Shown here piece by piece: positions 47,581 to 61,547 of a stretch of 64,000 nucleotides of DNA (positions within the stretch are counted from its first letter, which is position 1; each line of letters begins with the position of its first letter). The stretch is from Octopus sinensis. Its lineage: Eukaryota. Position numbers and translations under genes: made by a program. The DNA lies in assembly GCF_006345805.1 (NCBI RefSeq), contig NC_043018.1, positions 6,262,001-6,326,000 on the forward strand, given 5' to 3'. Under the pieces are notes generated by a model. The model worked only from the letters and a program-made list of their open reading frames with translations. It was not told the origin of the DNA and did not search any database.

Positions 47581-50500
47581 TTGTTATGGGTAGATAAAGT
47601 AATTGAGGTAATCAGAGTAAGTGACAGAATACTTAAGATTAGATTAGTGCTTCATCATAGTTTAGCAATCATTATATCAGCCTATGCTCCTCAGTCGGGG
47701 CTACCCGATGGACAGAAAGACCGATTCTATGACACTCTACTGCAGACTACCTCATTGACGAACGACAGAGACCTTATCTTTGTGGCTGGTGACTTCAATG
47801 GTCACGTTGGACGACATGCTGGGGGCTTCCATGGCGTACATGGAGGCTATGGCTATGGCTCCCACAACGAGGAGGGAACCAGGCTGCTGGAGTTCTGCGA
47901 TGCAAATAATCTTATGATTTGCAACACTAACTTCAGGAAACCTACCAGCCACCTAGTCACTTACCAATCGGGCCAACATACCAGCCAATTTGACTACATC
48001 CTTACAAGGCAAAGGGAGAGATGGCTGCTTATAAATGCCAAAACCTTCCCAGGTGAAGAATGTACCCCACAACATAGACTGGTAGTTAGTGACTTTAGGA
48101 TCAGGACTAGGAGGACAACCAGAAGACGACAAATATGGAGAAGAAGGATCTGAAGCTTAAAGATCCTGCAAATGGACAGAGATTTAGGGACATTACTTGA
48201 AGCCTCTGACGAAGTAGAAGGGGATAGAGCATCACAGGGGGTAGAAGACAGCTGGACGTTTCTAAGGGACAACCTGCTGAGAGCCACTGACCAGATCTGT
48301 GGCTGGTGCAAAGTCCCCTCTCGACCTAGAATAACGTGGTGGTGGAACAATATTGTAGACAGGGCTATTAGAGAAAAGAGACAGGCTTGGAAGGTCTGGA
48401 AAAATGGGGGTAGCAGGGAATTGTATCAGACTGCCAAAAGAGAAGCTAGGAGACAGGTTTATTTAGCCAGAGGGGAAGCAGATAAGAAAAAATTTGCCAA
48501 TGTTCTGCGCTGTGAGGACCAAAGACTGGAGGTGTTTCGTGTTGCAGACAGTGTGTGAGAGAGAATCGTGATGTGGTAGGAGAGAAGTGTGTTCGCATGG
48601 AAGATGGTTCACTTGCGCTAAATGAGGATGCAAAGAGAGAGTTTGGAGATGCCACTATGAAAGTTGCTGAATGAAGAAAATGAATGGGATAAAGAGAGTC
48701 TGCCGAATGTCACCCAACAGAGGGACCAGCTATCCGAGTTGATAGTTCTGTGGTAGCTAAGGCAATTAGAAGCATGAAGACAGGGAAAGCCCCAGCCCAT
48801 CAGGAATCACTGCAGAGATGCTCAAAATGTCTGGTAGTGTCGGCTATAGCCTAGTCACCCATATAGTTAATCAGGTGATACAAAGGGGTCATACCCAATG
48901 ACTGGTGTAGCAGTATAATAGTCAACTGCTACAAAGGTAAAGGTGATACCCTAGATACAAATAACTACAGAGGTATCAAGCTGTTGGACCAGGTGATGAA
49001 GGTTACGGAGAGGGTCATAGCCCAACTAATTAGAGAGAGAGTTAGTTAGATGAGATGCAGTTGGGTTTGTGCCAGGGAAAAGTACTACTGATGCTATATT
49101 CCTGGTAAGGCAGCTGCAGAGAAATACCTAGCCAAAGATAAGCCCGTACCTGGCTTTTGTTGACATGGAGAAAGCCTTCGACAGGGTCCCCCGATCCCTT
49201 ATCTGGTGGGCAATGAGAAAACTAGGGATAGATGAATGGTTAGTGAGAGCTGTGCGGCCATGTATAGGGACGCCGCTAGTAGGGCGAGGGTTGAAATGAG
49301 TACAGTGAAGAATTCCGGGTAGAGGTAGGGGTCCACCAAGGCTCAGTACTCAGCCCCCTCCTATTTATCTTAGTCCTCCAGGCAATAACGGAGGAATTCA
49401 AGACAGGATGCCTTGGGAGCTCCTCTATGCTGATGACCTTGCTCTAATTGCTGAGTCGCTATCAGAACTGGAGGAGAAGTTTCGGTGTGGAAACAAGGAT
49501 TAGAATCGAAGGGCCTCAGAGTCAATCTAGCTAAAACCAAAGTCGTAATCAGTAGGAAGGTAGACAAATCACAAACACCTTCAGGTAGATGGCCCTGCTC
49601 GATCTGTAGAAAAGGTGTAGGTAGAAACTCTATAAGATGCACCAAGTGTAAGCTATGGACACATAAGAGATGCAGCAATGTCAAAGGAAGGCTAACTAGG
49701 AAGATGGTTTTTGTATGTGGCAGATGCTCAGGAACAATAAACACTGAAAATGCTCTGAGACACACTTCCGTCACTTTCCAGGGAGAAAAACTAGAAATAG
49801 TTGATAGTTTCCGTTACCTAGGTGACCAAGTCGGCAGCGGGGGCGGGTGTGCTGAAAGTGTAACTGCTAGAGTAAGAATAGCTTGGGCAAAGTTCAGAGA
49901 GCTCTTACCTCTGCTGGTGACAAAAGGCCTCTCGCACAGAGTGAAAGGCAGACTGTATGATGCGTGTGTACGAACAGCCATGCTACATGGCAGTGAAACA
50001 TGGGCCGTGACTGCTGAGGATATGCGTAAGCTCGCTAGAAATGAAGCCAGTATGCTCCGATGGATGTGTAATGCCGGTACTCACACGGCAGAGTGTAAGT
50101 ACCTTGAGAGAAAAGCTGGTGTGCAGAAGAGAGACGTTTGCACTGGTATGGTCATGTGGCGAGAATGGATGAAGATAGTTGTGTGAAAAAGTGCCACACC
50201 CTAGCGGTTGAGGGAACCTGTGGAAGAGGCAGACCCAGGAAAACCTGGGACGAGGTGGTGAAGCACGACCTTCGAACTTTAGGTCTCACTGAGAAATGAC
50301 TAGAGACCGAGACCTCTGGAAGTGTGCTGTGCGCGAGAAGACCCGGCAGGACAAGTGAGTCCACAACCCGTGGCCTTCTACATGGGATGGAGCCAGCATA
50401 CGTATGCATACCTTCCTTCTTGGGACACAAAACTCTACTTGTGAAGACGTGTTGAGGCAAGTGAGGATCAGAATCGAAATCGATCAATGGAAATTGCGGA

Positions 50501-50965
50501 TGTGCTACCAGTGCCGGTGGCATGTCGAAACTCTGCTTGTGAAGACCCATTGAGGCAAGTGAGGATCAGAATCGAAATCGATCAATGGAAATCGATCAAT
50601 GGAAATTGCAGATGTGTTACCAGTGCCGGTGGCATGTAAGAGAACTTTCCGTTTCGCGACTGTTGCCAGCACCGCCCCGTTTCGTGTCCGTTGCCAGCCT
50701 CGCCTGGCCCTCGTGCCGGTGGCACATAAAAAGCACCATCCGTTCGTGGCCGTTTGCCAGCTCTGTCTGGCACCAGTGCGGGTGGCACGTAAAAAGCACC
50801 CACTACACTCACGGAGTGGTTGGCGTTAGGAAGGGCATCCAGCCGTAGAAACACTGCCAGATTTGACTGGGCCTGAAGAAGCCTTCTGGCTTCACAGACC
50901 CCAGTAGAACCGTCCAACCCATGCTAGCATGGAAAACGGACGCTAAATGATGATGATGATGATGA

Positions 50966-50969
<4 letters not shown>
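47581..50969 (+). mobile_element. RTE LINE, 5'-truncated in the APE domain, many frameshifts
   Basis: IISAYAPQ..AGDFNGH..DANNLMICNT..H.LVVSDF (APE); KAFD, GVHQGS.LSP, YADD (RT); LLHGSETW; 3' UTR with a duplication of about 95 bp near 50430-50630; (GAT)n tail. Confidence 0.95.
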
Positions 50970-51003
<34 letters not shown>

Positions 51004-51225
51004 ACTATGAAGATATTTAGACCTCTTAGTGGGATGTTTTTATCCAAGATACACTAGTTTATATATTGTATTTTTGAACAGATATTTCTTCAATGAACAC
51101 ATTACATAAAATATCTTAAAATATCAAATATTATCATTAAGTTTGGAAATGGAGAGATATAATGGATACAAATTAATTTATCAATTTGTATCCATTATAT
51201 CTCTCTGAAAATTTTATAATTATAT

Positions 51226-51290
<65 letters not shown>

Positions 51291-51346
51291 ACTGTTGGCG
51301 ATTTTTTTTCCTCGTCTTCCCTTCTCTGGATCTTTCCTTTTCCTAT

Positions 51347-51381
51347 GTTTCTGACGAAGAGCTCCGCTCGAAACGTTAAAC
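51347..51381 (+). ncRNA. minimal type I hammerhead in a solo PLE terminal repeat (51288-51483)
   Basis: GTTT CTGACGA A GAGC tcc GCTC GAAA CG T T AAAC; loopless palindromic stem III ACGT. Confidence 0.8.
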
Positions 51382-52214
51382 CCTCCTTCTTCCCTTCCTT
51401 CCTGAGCGTCCAATAATACTATATTTGTTCCATGTCCTCACGTTGTTGCGTTTTCTCTTTGTGTTTTCATGTTTGGATTCACTATATATATATATATGCT
51501 CCGATGGATGTGTAATGTCAGTGTGCATGCTCAACAGAGTGTAAGTACCTTGAGAGAAAAGTTGGACCTAAGAAACAGGAGATAGGATACTTGTGAGAGT
51601 CCAAATATGGCCAGTTTGAAGATAAAACAATTAGAAAATTTTGGTTAGATGTGGTCGGTTTAACGCTAAAAGGGTAAAGAATGTGAAGCATTCTGCTCTG
51701 TTCATTTTGGGAGAATGACAGCCTTTCTAGTTCTTTATGCAGATCTGTTGTTATGTAGCCCTCAGCTCCGATGATTATAGCTAAATAAAAAATCTATAGC
51801 CTGAATATAAGAGCTGTAGGTTTCTCATTCATTCTCCATAGATGTTTTCCTGTTTGCCAATTTTTCCACTAAACTTTCCTACCCGACCAGCAGAGCTGCC
51901 AGTCATTACAACAGAACATGATTTTTGCTTCTTGATCCATAGAGCAATATTTGATTGTATTGGGTTGCTCTCTTCATTGGAAAGTTCCATTGATATTCTT
52001 CATTCTCAAATGTGTGGGTGCATTCCCATTTTGGTATACCTTTCATATGGCCATCAAGACAATCTTACCTACGGATAGTGTGCATGTGTGTGTGTGTGTT
52101 TGAGTGTGTGCACATGTGTATGCATGCTATCCTCCCTGGAAATACAGGATGTGACTGGTAATATCTACATACATACATGCATACTTATATGTGTGTGTGT
52201 GTATGTTTTTATAT

Positions 52215-52455
52215 ATATATATATTTCTTTATTGTCCACAGGGGGCTAAACGCAGAGGGGTCAAACAAGGACAGACAAACGGATTAAGTCAATTATATCG
52301 ACCCCAGTACGTAACTGGTACTTAATTTATCGACCCCGAAAGGATGAAAGGCAAAGTCAACCTCGGTGGAATTTGAACTCAGAATGTAACGGCAGATGAA
52401 ATGCCGCTTAGCATTTCGCCCGGCATGCTAATGATTCTGCCAGTTCACCGCCCTA
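52215..52455 (-). mobile_element. SINE family B
   Basis: Reverse complement of the Nin-domain SINE; another minus copy at 16195-16382. Confidence 0.88.
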
Positions 52456-52497
52456 ATATACAAATGCATATTTACATACATACATATATATATAATA

Positions 52498-52542
<45 letters not shown>

Positions 52543-52567
52543 TATATATAATATATATATATACATA

Positions 52568-55059
52568 TGGTGGTGGAACACTGTAGTTGACAGGGCTATT
52601 AGACAAAAGAGACAGGCTTGGAAGGACTGGAAGAACGGTGGTAGCAGGGAATTGTATCAGACAGCCAGAAGGGAAGCTAGGAGACAGGTTTATTTAGCCA
52701 GAGGGGAAGCAGATAAGAAAAAATTTGCCAATGTTCTGAGCCATGAGGATGAAAGACTTGAGGTATTTCGTGTTGCAAGACAGTGTGTGAGAGAGAATCG
52801 TGATGTGGTAGGAGAGAAGTGTGTTCGCATGGATGATGGTTCACTTGTGCTAAATGAGTATGCAAAGAGAGAGGTTTGGAGATGCCACTATGAAAGGTTG
52901 CTGAATAAAGAAAATGAATGGGATAAAGAGAGTCTGCCGAATGTCAACCCAACAGAGCATGAAGACAGGGAAAGCCCCAGGCCCATCAGGAATTACTGCA
53001 GAGATGCTCAAAATATCTGGCAGTGTCGGCTATAACCTAGTCACCCGTATAGTCAACCAGGTGATACACGAAGGAGTCATACCCAATGACTGGTGTAGCA
53101 GCATACTAGTCAACTGCTACAAAGGTAAAGGTGATGCCCTAGATACAAATAATTACAGAGGTATCAAGCTGTTGGATCAGGTAATGAAGGTTACGGAGAG
53201 GGTCATCGCCCAACTAATTAGAGAGAGAGTTAGTTTAGATGAGATGCAGTTTGGGTTCGTGCCAGGGAAAAGTACCACTGATGCTATATTCTTGGTAAGG
53301 CAGCTGCAGGAGAAATACCTAGCCAAAGATAAGCCCTTGTACCTGGCTTTCGTTGACATGGAGAAAGCTTTTGATAGGGTCCCCCGATCCCTTATCTGGT
53401 GGTCAATGAGGAAACTAGGGATAGATGAATGGCTGGTGAGGGCTGTGCAAGCCATGTACAGAGATGCCGTAAGTAAGGTTAGGATTGGCAACATGTACAC
53501 AGAAGAATTCAAAGTAGAGGTTGGGGTCCACCAGGGTTCAGTACTCAGCCCCCTCCTATTTATCATAGTCCTCCAGGCAATTACGGAGGAATTCAAGACA
53601 GGTTGCCCCTGGGAGCTCCTCTACGCTGAGGACCTTGCTCTAATTGCTGAGTCACTATCAGAACTGGAGGAGAAGTTCCAGGTGTGGAAGGAGGGTTTAG
53701 AATCGAGGGACCTTAGAGTCAACCTAGCTAAAACCAAAGTACTAATAAGTAGGAAGGTAGACAATCCACAAATGTCTTCAGGAAGATGGCCCTGCTCGAT
53801 CTGTAGAAAAGGTGTAGGTAGAAACTCTATAAGATGTACCCAGTGTAAGCTATGGACACTAAGAGGTGCAGCAATGTCAAAGGTAGGCTAACTGGGAAGA
53901 TAGTTTTTGTATGTGGCAGATGCTTGGGAGCATTAACCTCCGAAAATCTGCAGAAAACAACTTCCGTCACTTTCCAGGGGGAAAAACTAGAAGTAGTTGA
54001 TAGCTTCCGTTATCTAGGTGACCAAGTCAGTAGTGGGGGTGGGTGCGCTGAAAGTGTAACTGCTAGAATAAGAATAGCCTGGGCAAAGTTTAGGGAGCTC
54101 TTACCTCTGCTGGTGACTAAAGGCCTCTCGCTCAGAGTAAAAGGCAGACTGTATGATGCATGTGTACGAACAGCCATGCTACAAGGCAGTGAAACATGCT
54201 GAGGACATGCGTAAGCTCGTGAGGAATGAAGCCAGTATGCTCCGATGGATGTGTAATGTCAGTGTACATACTCGACAGAGCGTTAGTACCTTGAGAGAAA
54301 TGCTGTACCTAAGAAGCATCAGTTGTGGTGTGCAAGAGAGACGATTGCGCTGGTATGGTCATGTGGTGAGAATGGATGAAGATAGGTGTGTGAGAAAGTG
54401 CCAATCCCTAGCAGTTGAGGGAACCCGTGGAAGAGGTAGACCCAGGAAAACCTGGGACGAGGTGGTGAAGCACGACCTTTGAACTTTAGGCCTCACTGAG
54501 GAAATGACCAGCGACCGAGACCTTTGGAAATATGCTGTACGTGAGAAGACCAGGCAGGACAAGTGAGCCCAGCCCACTTATGAATGCCTTTCCTCCCTTG
54601 GACACAAAGACCTGTTGAGGCAAGCGAAGTCAATATAGAACCTCATCCGACGACAGGCACCCATGCCAACCCCCTTTGCTTGCGAAGACATGTTGGGTCA
54701 AGCGAAATAGAAATCGAATTGAACCAGCCAGGATCCCTGGTCTGGTGGTACGTAAAAAGCACTATCCGACTCGTGGCCGATGCCAGCGCCGCCTCGACTG
54801 GCTTCCGTGCCGGTGGCACATAAAATACACCAATCCGACCGTGGCCGTTGCCAGCCTCGCCTGGCACCTGTGCAGGTGGCACGTAAAAAGCACCCACTAC
54901 ACTCACGGAGTGGTTGGCGTTAGGAAGGGCATCCAGCTGTAGAAACATTGCCAGATAAGACTGGAGCCTGGTGCAGCCTTCTGGCTCCCAGACCCGGTCA
55001 AACCGTCCAACCCATGCTAGCATGGAGAACGGACGTTAAACGTGATGATGATGATGATG

Positions 55060-55061
<2 letters not shown>
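52568..55061 (+). mobile_element. RTE LINE, 5'-truncated, same family as 47581
   Basis: RT ORF 52914-53891 (KTGKAPGP..NYRGI..QFGF..KAFD..GVHQGSVLSP..YAED), downstream LRWYGHV..RGRPRKTW, (GAT)n tail. Confidence 0.95.
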
Positions 55062-55092
<31 letters not shown>

Positions 55093-55378
55093 ATGTATGT
55101 TTATGAATTTGTGTTGCAAGATTCCTGATGTGAAGCGATGTGTTGAAACAAATATTGTTATATTTGAGATGGTTATTTTTTTTTTTTTGCCAAATAAACA
55201 CATGCATTATATATCGTTCTTCACTCATTTATTCCTGTTCTTATTCCTCATGTCCATTGTCTGGAAATCTTTCATCACACATCTGTGACCTCCTCAGCAA
55301 CAAATCTATATCTGTATGTATATAAAACAAATCTATATCTGTATGTATGTATATATATATAAAACAAATCTATATATG

Positions 55379-55413
<35 letters not shown>

Positions 55414-55448
55414 ACACACACACACACACACACATATATACATACATA

Positions 55449-55479
<31 letters not shown>

Positions 55480-56629
55480 CCTATTGAGTCAAGTACATCA
55501 ACATCAAAATAAAAACCAAAAGATGATGCTGATGATGATAAAGACCTGGTCAATTCAACATGTGCAACTATCAATCCAGACTTGTTTTTTTTTTTATTTT
55601 TCCTCTTTCCATCTGTATTTTTTTCCTGCTCATTCCTTTCTGTAGAAGAGCATAGGCTTGAAACATCAAGAACTCTTCCATTTTTTTCTTGTGCATCAAA
55701 CTAATACAGCTTGTTTATTGTTCTCTCACCTGTCTCCTGTTTTATATACACATATGTGTGTGTGTGTATGTGTGTGTGTTAGGATATTAGGGTTGTGTTT
55801 GAAAGTTCTGTCTGCCATTTAGCATCTAGTTAAAAGTACAACCACGATAATTAGCATTGCATATTTAATCACTAATCGTCTCATTATCTTTGTAATTTCT
55901 TTCATTTTCTGTCACCAACTTAAAGTGTTCTTCATTTTGTATGCAACAGTCACCTTCCATTAACATCACATACATTGCTGTCCTATTTATTTGATAAAAC
56001 TCTCCACTACTTCCTTCCGTCAGGATTTTTCTGTACCTGACTATTAGCTTTTATCGCCCAATCAGCCATAATATTTGATCAGTTCATAGCTTTTGGTTTG
56101 GCTGAACCTATGCACCAGCTTCACAGTTGTTTTGTAGTCCCAAGCAGGTTTATTCCACAGAGATTCTCAGCTGTTGTCTTCTATGCTACATGTTTTCATA
56201 TCTTTGGCCTCAGTTTCAAAGGTATCAATTAGAATTTCTCTAAATTTATACCCCATTCTTTTAGCTTTCATGAAAACTGAAAGATGCCTATATATGTGTG
56301 TGTGCATGTATGTGTGTACATATGTGTGCAATTGTGTGTGCGTGTGCCTTTGTATTTGTGTTTGTTCATCATTACCACTTGACAACAAGAATTGGTTTGT
56401 TTGCATCCCTAACTATTGGATTGGCAACAGAGACTGATAGAATAAATACAAGACTTCAAATAATTAAGTACTTGATTTATTCCACTAAAACCCTTCAAAA
56501 TTGTGCACCAACATTAGCCATAGTCCAATAACTGAAACAAATAAAAGATTTCTCAGGTAACAGTATATTTAACCCACTCCTGTTGTCACTTTTCTTTGTG
56601 CAGAAAAATTAGTATTGTTATTTGTTGCT

Positions 56630-56790
56630 GGTGAGAAGTTTGGTTGAGGATCCTTTCCATCATACTTTTTGCACACAACACACATCTACTCATAGCCACT
56701 CCAGTATCTCTACAATCTCACCTGATCTACCTTTCAACATTCCTACATTGATGGCTATGACCCTAAAATTTTGGAACTGACAGGAAGGAA
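56630..56790 (-). pseudogene. RTE APE N-terminal relic
   Basis: RVIAINVGMLKGRSGEIVEIL..VDVCCVQK..WKG matches the N-terminal motif of RTE endonucleases. Confidence 0.7.
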
Positions 56791-57018
56791 GATTAGATTT
56801 TTGGTTGTAAGGCTGTTTGCTTCATAGATGTTGCTTGATGACTTCTGACTTGTAAAGAACAAGAAAGTTTTTGCCATGGCTTGTGAGTATTTAGAAGATT
56901 CACAGACACACAATTGTGGTTCTTTTTCATTTAATTTGCTATATTCATTCTCCATCACATGCTATACATGTTACTATAAGTGCTGATTATAGCTGTTATC
57001 AACAAATATTCCTAATGA

Positions 57019-57054
<36 letters not shown>

Positions 57055-57073
57055 TACTACTACTACTACTACA

Positions 57074-57104
<31 letters not shown>

Positions 57105-57124
57105 TTATTATTATTATTATTATT

Positions 57125-58260
57125 AAAAAGTGGTATCAAAAAGTTCTCGGACTACTTCTGTAGCACACCAACAGATAACAGCACATGGTTGCATGTGAAG
57201 TGAGAGCTAGCAGTGATCTTCATGAGGCAGTGTGCCAAGTGACATCACTGTGTTTACTTCGCAAGTTGTGAAATTTGTGCTTTTGTGATCACGTGTATGC
57301 TGTAGTCTGCAATTTTGTTCTGGACAGGAGCCAATGGGAAATTTTGCATTAAATTTGGGTTGTATGTTACAGAGACACTGGTCATGCTTTGGCAAGCTTA
57401 CAGCAATGAGGCAATGGGTCGTATGTGGAGGCACATGGCCTAGTAATTAGAGCAGCGGACTCGCGATCAAAGGATCACGGGTTTGAATCTCAGATAGGGT
57501 AGTGTGTGTGTTTATGAGCGAAACTCCTAAGCTCCACGCGGCTCCGGCAGAAGGTAATGGCAAAACTTCTGCTGACTCTTTCGCCACAACTTTCTCTCAC
57601 TCTTTCCTCCTGCACCTTGCAGCTCATGTGCGATGGACCAGCGTCCCGTCCAGTTGGGGAACCTATATGCCAAGGAAACCGGGAAACCGGCCCTTATGAG
57701 CCAGGCATGGCTCAAGAAGGAACAAACAACAATGGGTCATACACAATGTTTTGAGTGTCACAGGTGTTCCAAAAGCTGAAGCACATCCTGAATGACGATG
57801 ACTGATCTTGAAGACCTGCCCAGAAATTCATACCCCAGGGCCAAACTGTCAATCGAGAATTCTACTACAGCTTTTTAACCCTTTAATGTTCGTATTATTC
57901 TGCCAAAATTAATCCTTTTTTATCCACATTGTTTTGAACTAATCAGGCATTATCCTGTAGTTATGAGATTTTGATGAGGTAGCTGTTAATTTTTAAAACG
58001 ATATTGTAGGGTTGGTGTGAGAGACCAGATAGGGCCAGTTTGAACATAAAACAAGCAGAATACTTCTGGCCGGATATGGCCAGTTTAAATGCTAAAGGGT
58101 TAAAGCATATGTAGGAGGACATTTGGTGAAAGCGACTGAATCTGTGGTGTGCGAAGAATTGGATTCTTCACAACAACGATGCATTCTGTCACAGAGCTCT
58201 CCTCAAACGTGAGTTTCTTGTCAAAAGCAACATGACATCACTTCTGCACAATAAGAAAGG
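57125..58260 (+). mobile_element. mariner relic interrupted by a family C SINE and a piggyBac-type MITE
   Basis: N-terminal HTH remnants (57340-57420, 57740-57815) and WILHNNDAFCHRALL.REFLVKSNMTSLLH near 58165-58250. Confidence 0.6.
57879..58099. mobile_element. piggyBac-type MITE
   Basis: TTAA-CCCTTTA...TAAAGGG-TTAA (TTAA at 57875-57878 and 58100-58103). Confidence 0.75.
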
Positions 58261-58549
58261 TAAAGGTTATCACTGGCCATCATAACAAACTTGCTGTTAT
58301 CTGCTATGAAGGTAGCCTGCTAGGAAGCACCATAGAAACGAATCTGTTTGACCATTAGTTAGTCCTAGAAAATAAATACAATGCAATTAGGAGTGGACAG
58401 TGAACGTGTGAAAGTGAGTATGCATAGAATATTTGCCTGATGTATACTCATGTGTGTGTATGTATAATGGAACAAAGGCTCACAAACAAGCAGTGAGTAA
58501 GTATCAAATCAATTTGTGACATATTTATACAACATATTGAGGAGAATTG

Positions 58550-58601
<52 letters not shown>

Positions 58602-58639
58602 TGGTAGTAGTTATCGCCAAGCTAATATGGCAGTCCTAC

Positions 58640-59312
<673 letters not shown>

Positions 59313-59873
59313 CTAGTCCGGGAACATATATATATATTCTTTTCTTTTACTTGTTTCAGTCATTTAACTGTGGCCATGCTGGAGCACTGCCTTAAAGGGT
59401 TTTAGTTGAAGAACTTGAACCCAGTACTTATTCTTTGTAAGCCTTGTACTTATTCTATCGATCCTTCTTTTCGCTGAACCATTAAGTTATGGGGACATAA
59501 ACACACCAGCATCATTTGTCAAGCAATGACGGCAGGAATGAGATGGGGGTGACACACACACACACACATATACGGTGGGCTTCTTTCAGTTTCCGTCTAC
59601 TAAATCCACTCACAAGATGGCTTGGCCTGAAGCTATAGTAGAAGACATTTGCCCAAGGTGCCATGCAGTGGGACTGAACCGGAACCATGTGGTTGGGAAG
59701 CAAGCATCTTACCACACAGCCATGTTTGCACCTATCATCATCATCATCATCATCATTTAGCGTCCGCTTTCCATGCTGGCATGGGTTGGATGGTTCAACT
59801 GGGGTCTGGGAAGCCAGAAGGCTGCACCAGGCCCAGTCTGATCTGGCAATGTTTCTATGGCTGGATGAAACAT

Positions 59874-59914
<41 letters not shown>

Positions 59915-60043
59915 CATATATATGACTGGAGCCTGGAGTGGCCCCTGGCTTCCCAGACCCCGGTCGAACCGTCCAACCCGTGCTAGCGCGGAAAACGGAC
60001 GTTAAACGATGATGATGATGATGATGATGTAAAAGCTGCACTT

Positions 60044-60085
<42 letters not shown>

Positions 60086-60115
60086 ACTGTGTGTCTCTGT
60101 GTGTGTCTGTGTGTG

Positions 60116-60150
<35 letters not shown>

Positions 60151-60545
60151 GGTGCAGGTATGGCTATGTGGTAAGAAGTTTGCTTCCCAACCACATGGTT
60201 CTGGGCTCAATCCCACTGCATGGCACCTTGGTCTCATATCTTTTACCATAGTGTCATACGGACCAAAGCTTTATGAGTGGATTTCATAGACGGAAACTGA
60301 AAGAAGCCTGTTATATGTATTTGTAAGTTGGTGCCAATCTGTTTTAACATCACATGATTGTTGTAGACAAGTGTCACTGCCATTTCAGGCAGTATTCTTC
60401 ATTCCCAATGTTCTGTGAAAACATGGCTGGCCATGGATATAAAAATTACCTTACCTGGAAACAGGTAAGGTTCAGTAACAGGATGCGCGTCAGGCTGTAG
60501 AAAATCTACTTCAGCAAATGCCATCCGAGGCATGTGAATATGGAA

Positions 60546-60915
60546 AATGATGATGATGATGACGACGATGATGATGATGATGGTGACGATGATGATGACG
60601 ATGATGATGATGACGATGGTGATGATGATGGTGATGACGATGACGATGATGATGACAATGATGATGATGGTGGTGATGAGGTTGATGATGATAATGGTGA
60701 TGATGATGATACGATGGTGATGTCGATGATGATGATGATGAGGATGATGATGATGATGATTAATGACAATGATGATGACAATGCTGATGGTGATGATGAT
60801 GACGACGATGACAATGATGGTGATGATGATGATACGATGGTGATGATGATAATGATGATGGTGATGGTGATGAATATGATGATGATGGTGGTGGTGGTGG
60901 TGGTGCTGGTAATGG
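60546..60915. repeat. (GAT)/(GGT) expanded trinucleotide tract following a retroposon-like tail
   Basis: Direct inspection; explains the D-rich and S-rich ORFs. Confidence 0.95.
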
Positions 60916-61119
60916 TAATGTCAGGAATTGATCTGATATCTGGTGAGTGCATGTTTATGGCCTTGTTCCATTATAACTGCACCAACTTGACCGACGTATT
61001 GCCTAGAGACAATCTTTAATCATGGATTTCAGGCACTGATTCACCCTGACCACACATTGTATGTACTTTTCATCTTATGTGTACGTATGTATGTATGTAT
61101 GTATGTTCTTGTGTGTTAT

Positions 61120-61490
61120 TAATTATTTAAATTCTACCTGTGAATAAGGTGCTGGTTTCTAACAAAGCTACAAAACTCCATCACTGGAATGTAGACAGCG
61201 AAAACAATGTCACATTTTAAACTTGAGAAAATCTTGCATATTTTTACTGTTCCACTTACAGATTCTATTTGTAATGTGTGAGTTAACTGGTTGATCTCTT
61301 TTACTGAAAACCCTAGCTTATCCAGATTGTCGCTCAGGCATTTATCCACAAAGCCAAATACACCAATTATTATTGGTATAAATGTGAATTTATAATCTGG
61401 ATATCGAAGCTGGAGGTTTCAAAGCAGATGACCATGGTTATCTTCTCTCTCTTTGATTTTCAAGGACATATTCACATCAGCAAGACAACC
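61120..61490 (-). mobile_element. RLE-type LINE C-terminal/3' fragment (second copy 62360-62635)
   Basis: KFTFIPIIIGVFGFVDKCLSDNLDKLGFS..LQIESVSGTVKICK. Confidence 0.65.
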
Positions 61491-61509
61491 GACCTCTATG
61501 AGTGTGTGT

Positions 61510-61547
<38 letters not shown>

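Noticed and set aside
51842-52078. 78-aa ORF behind a strong acceptor; similar candidates at about 42828-42925, 56161-56221, 63265-63311
   Set aside because: No recognisable homology or consistent phase chain; splice-like motifs are common in such DNA.
55105-55165. CTGATGT...GAAAC and the related segment at 63946-64000
   Set aside because: Stems I and II do not pair convincingly; the second is cut by the window end. Left unresolved.
56700-56860. Minus-strand segment with good-looking acceptor and donor
   Set aside because: Stops in all frames; overlaps an RTE endonuclease relic.
60506-61019. Poly-Asp ORF resembling an acidic biomineral protein
   Set aside because: Expanded (GAT)n tail directly after a retroposon-like 3' end.
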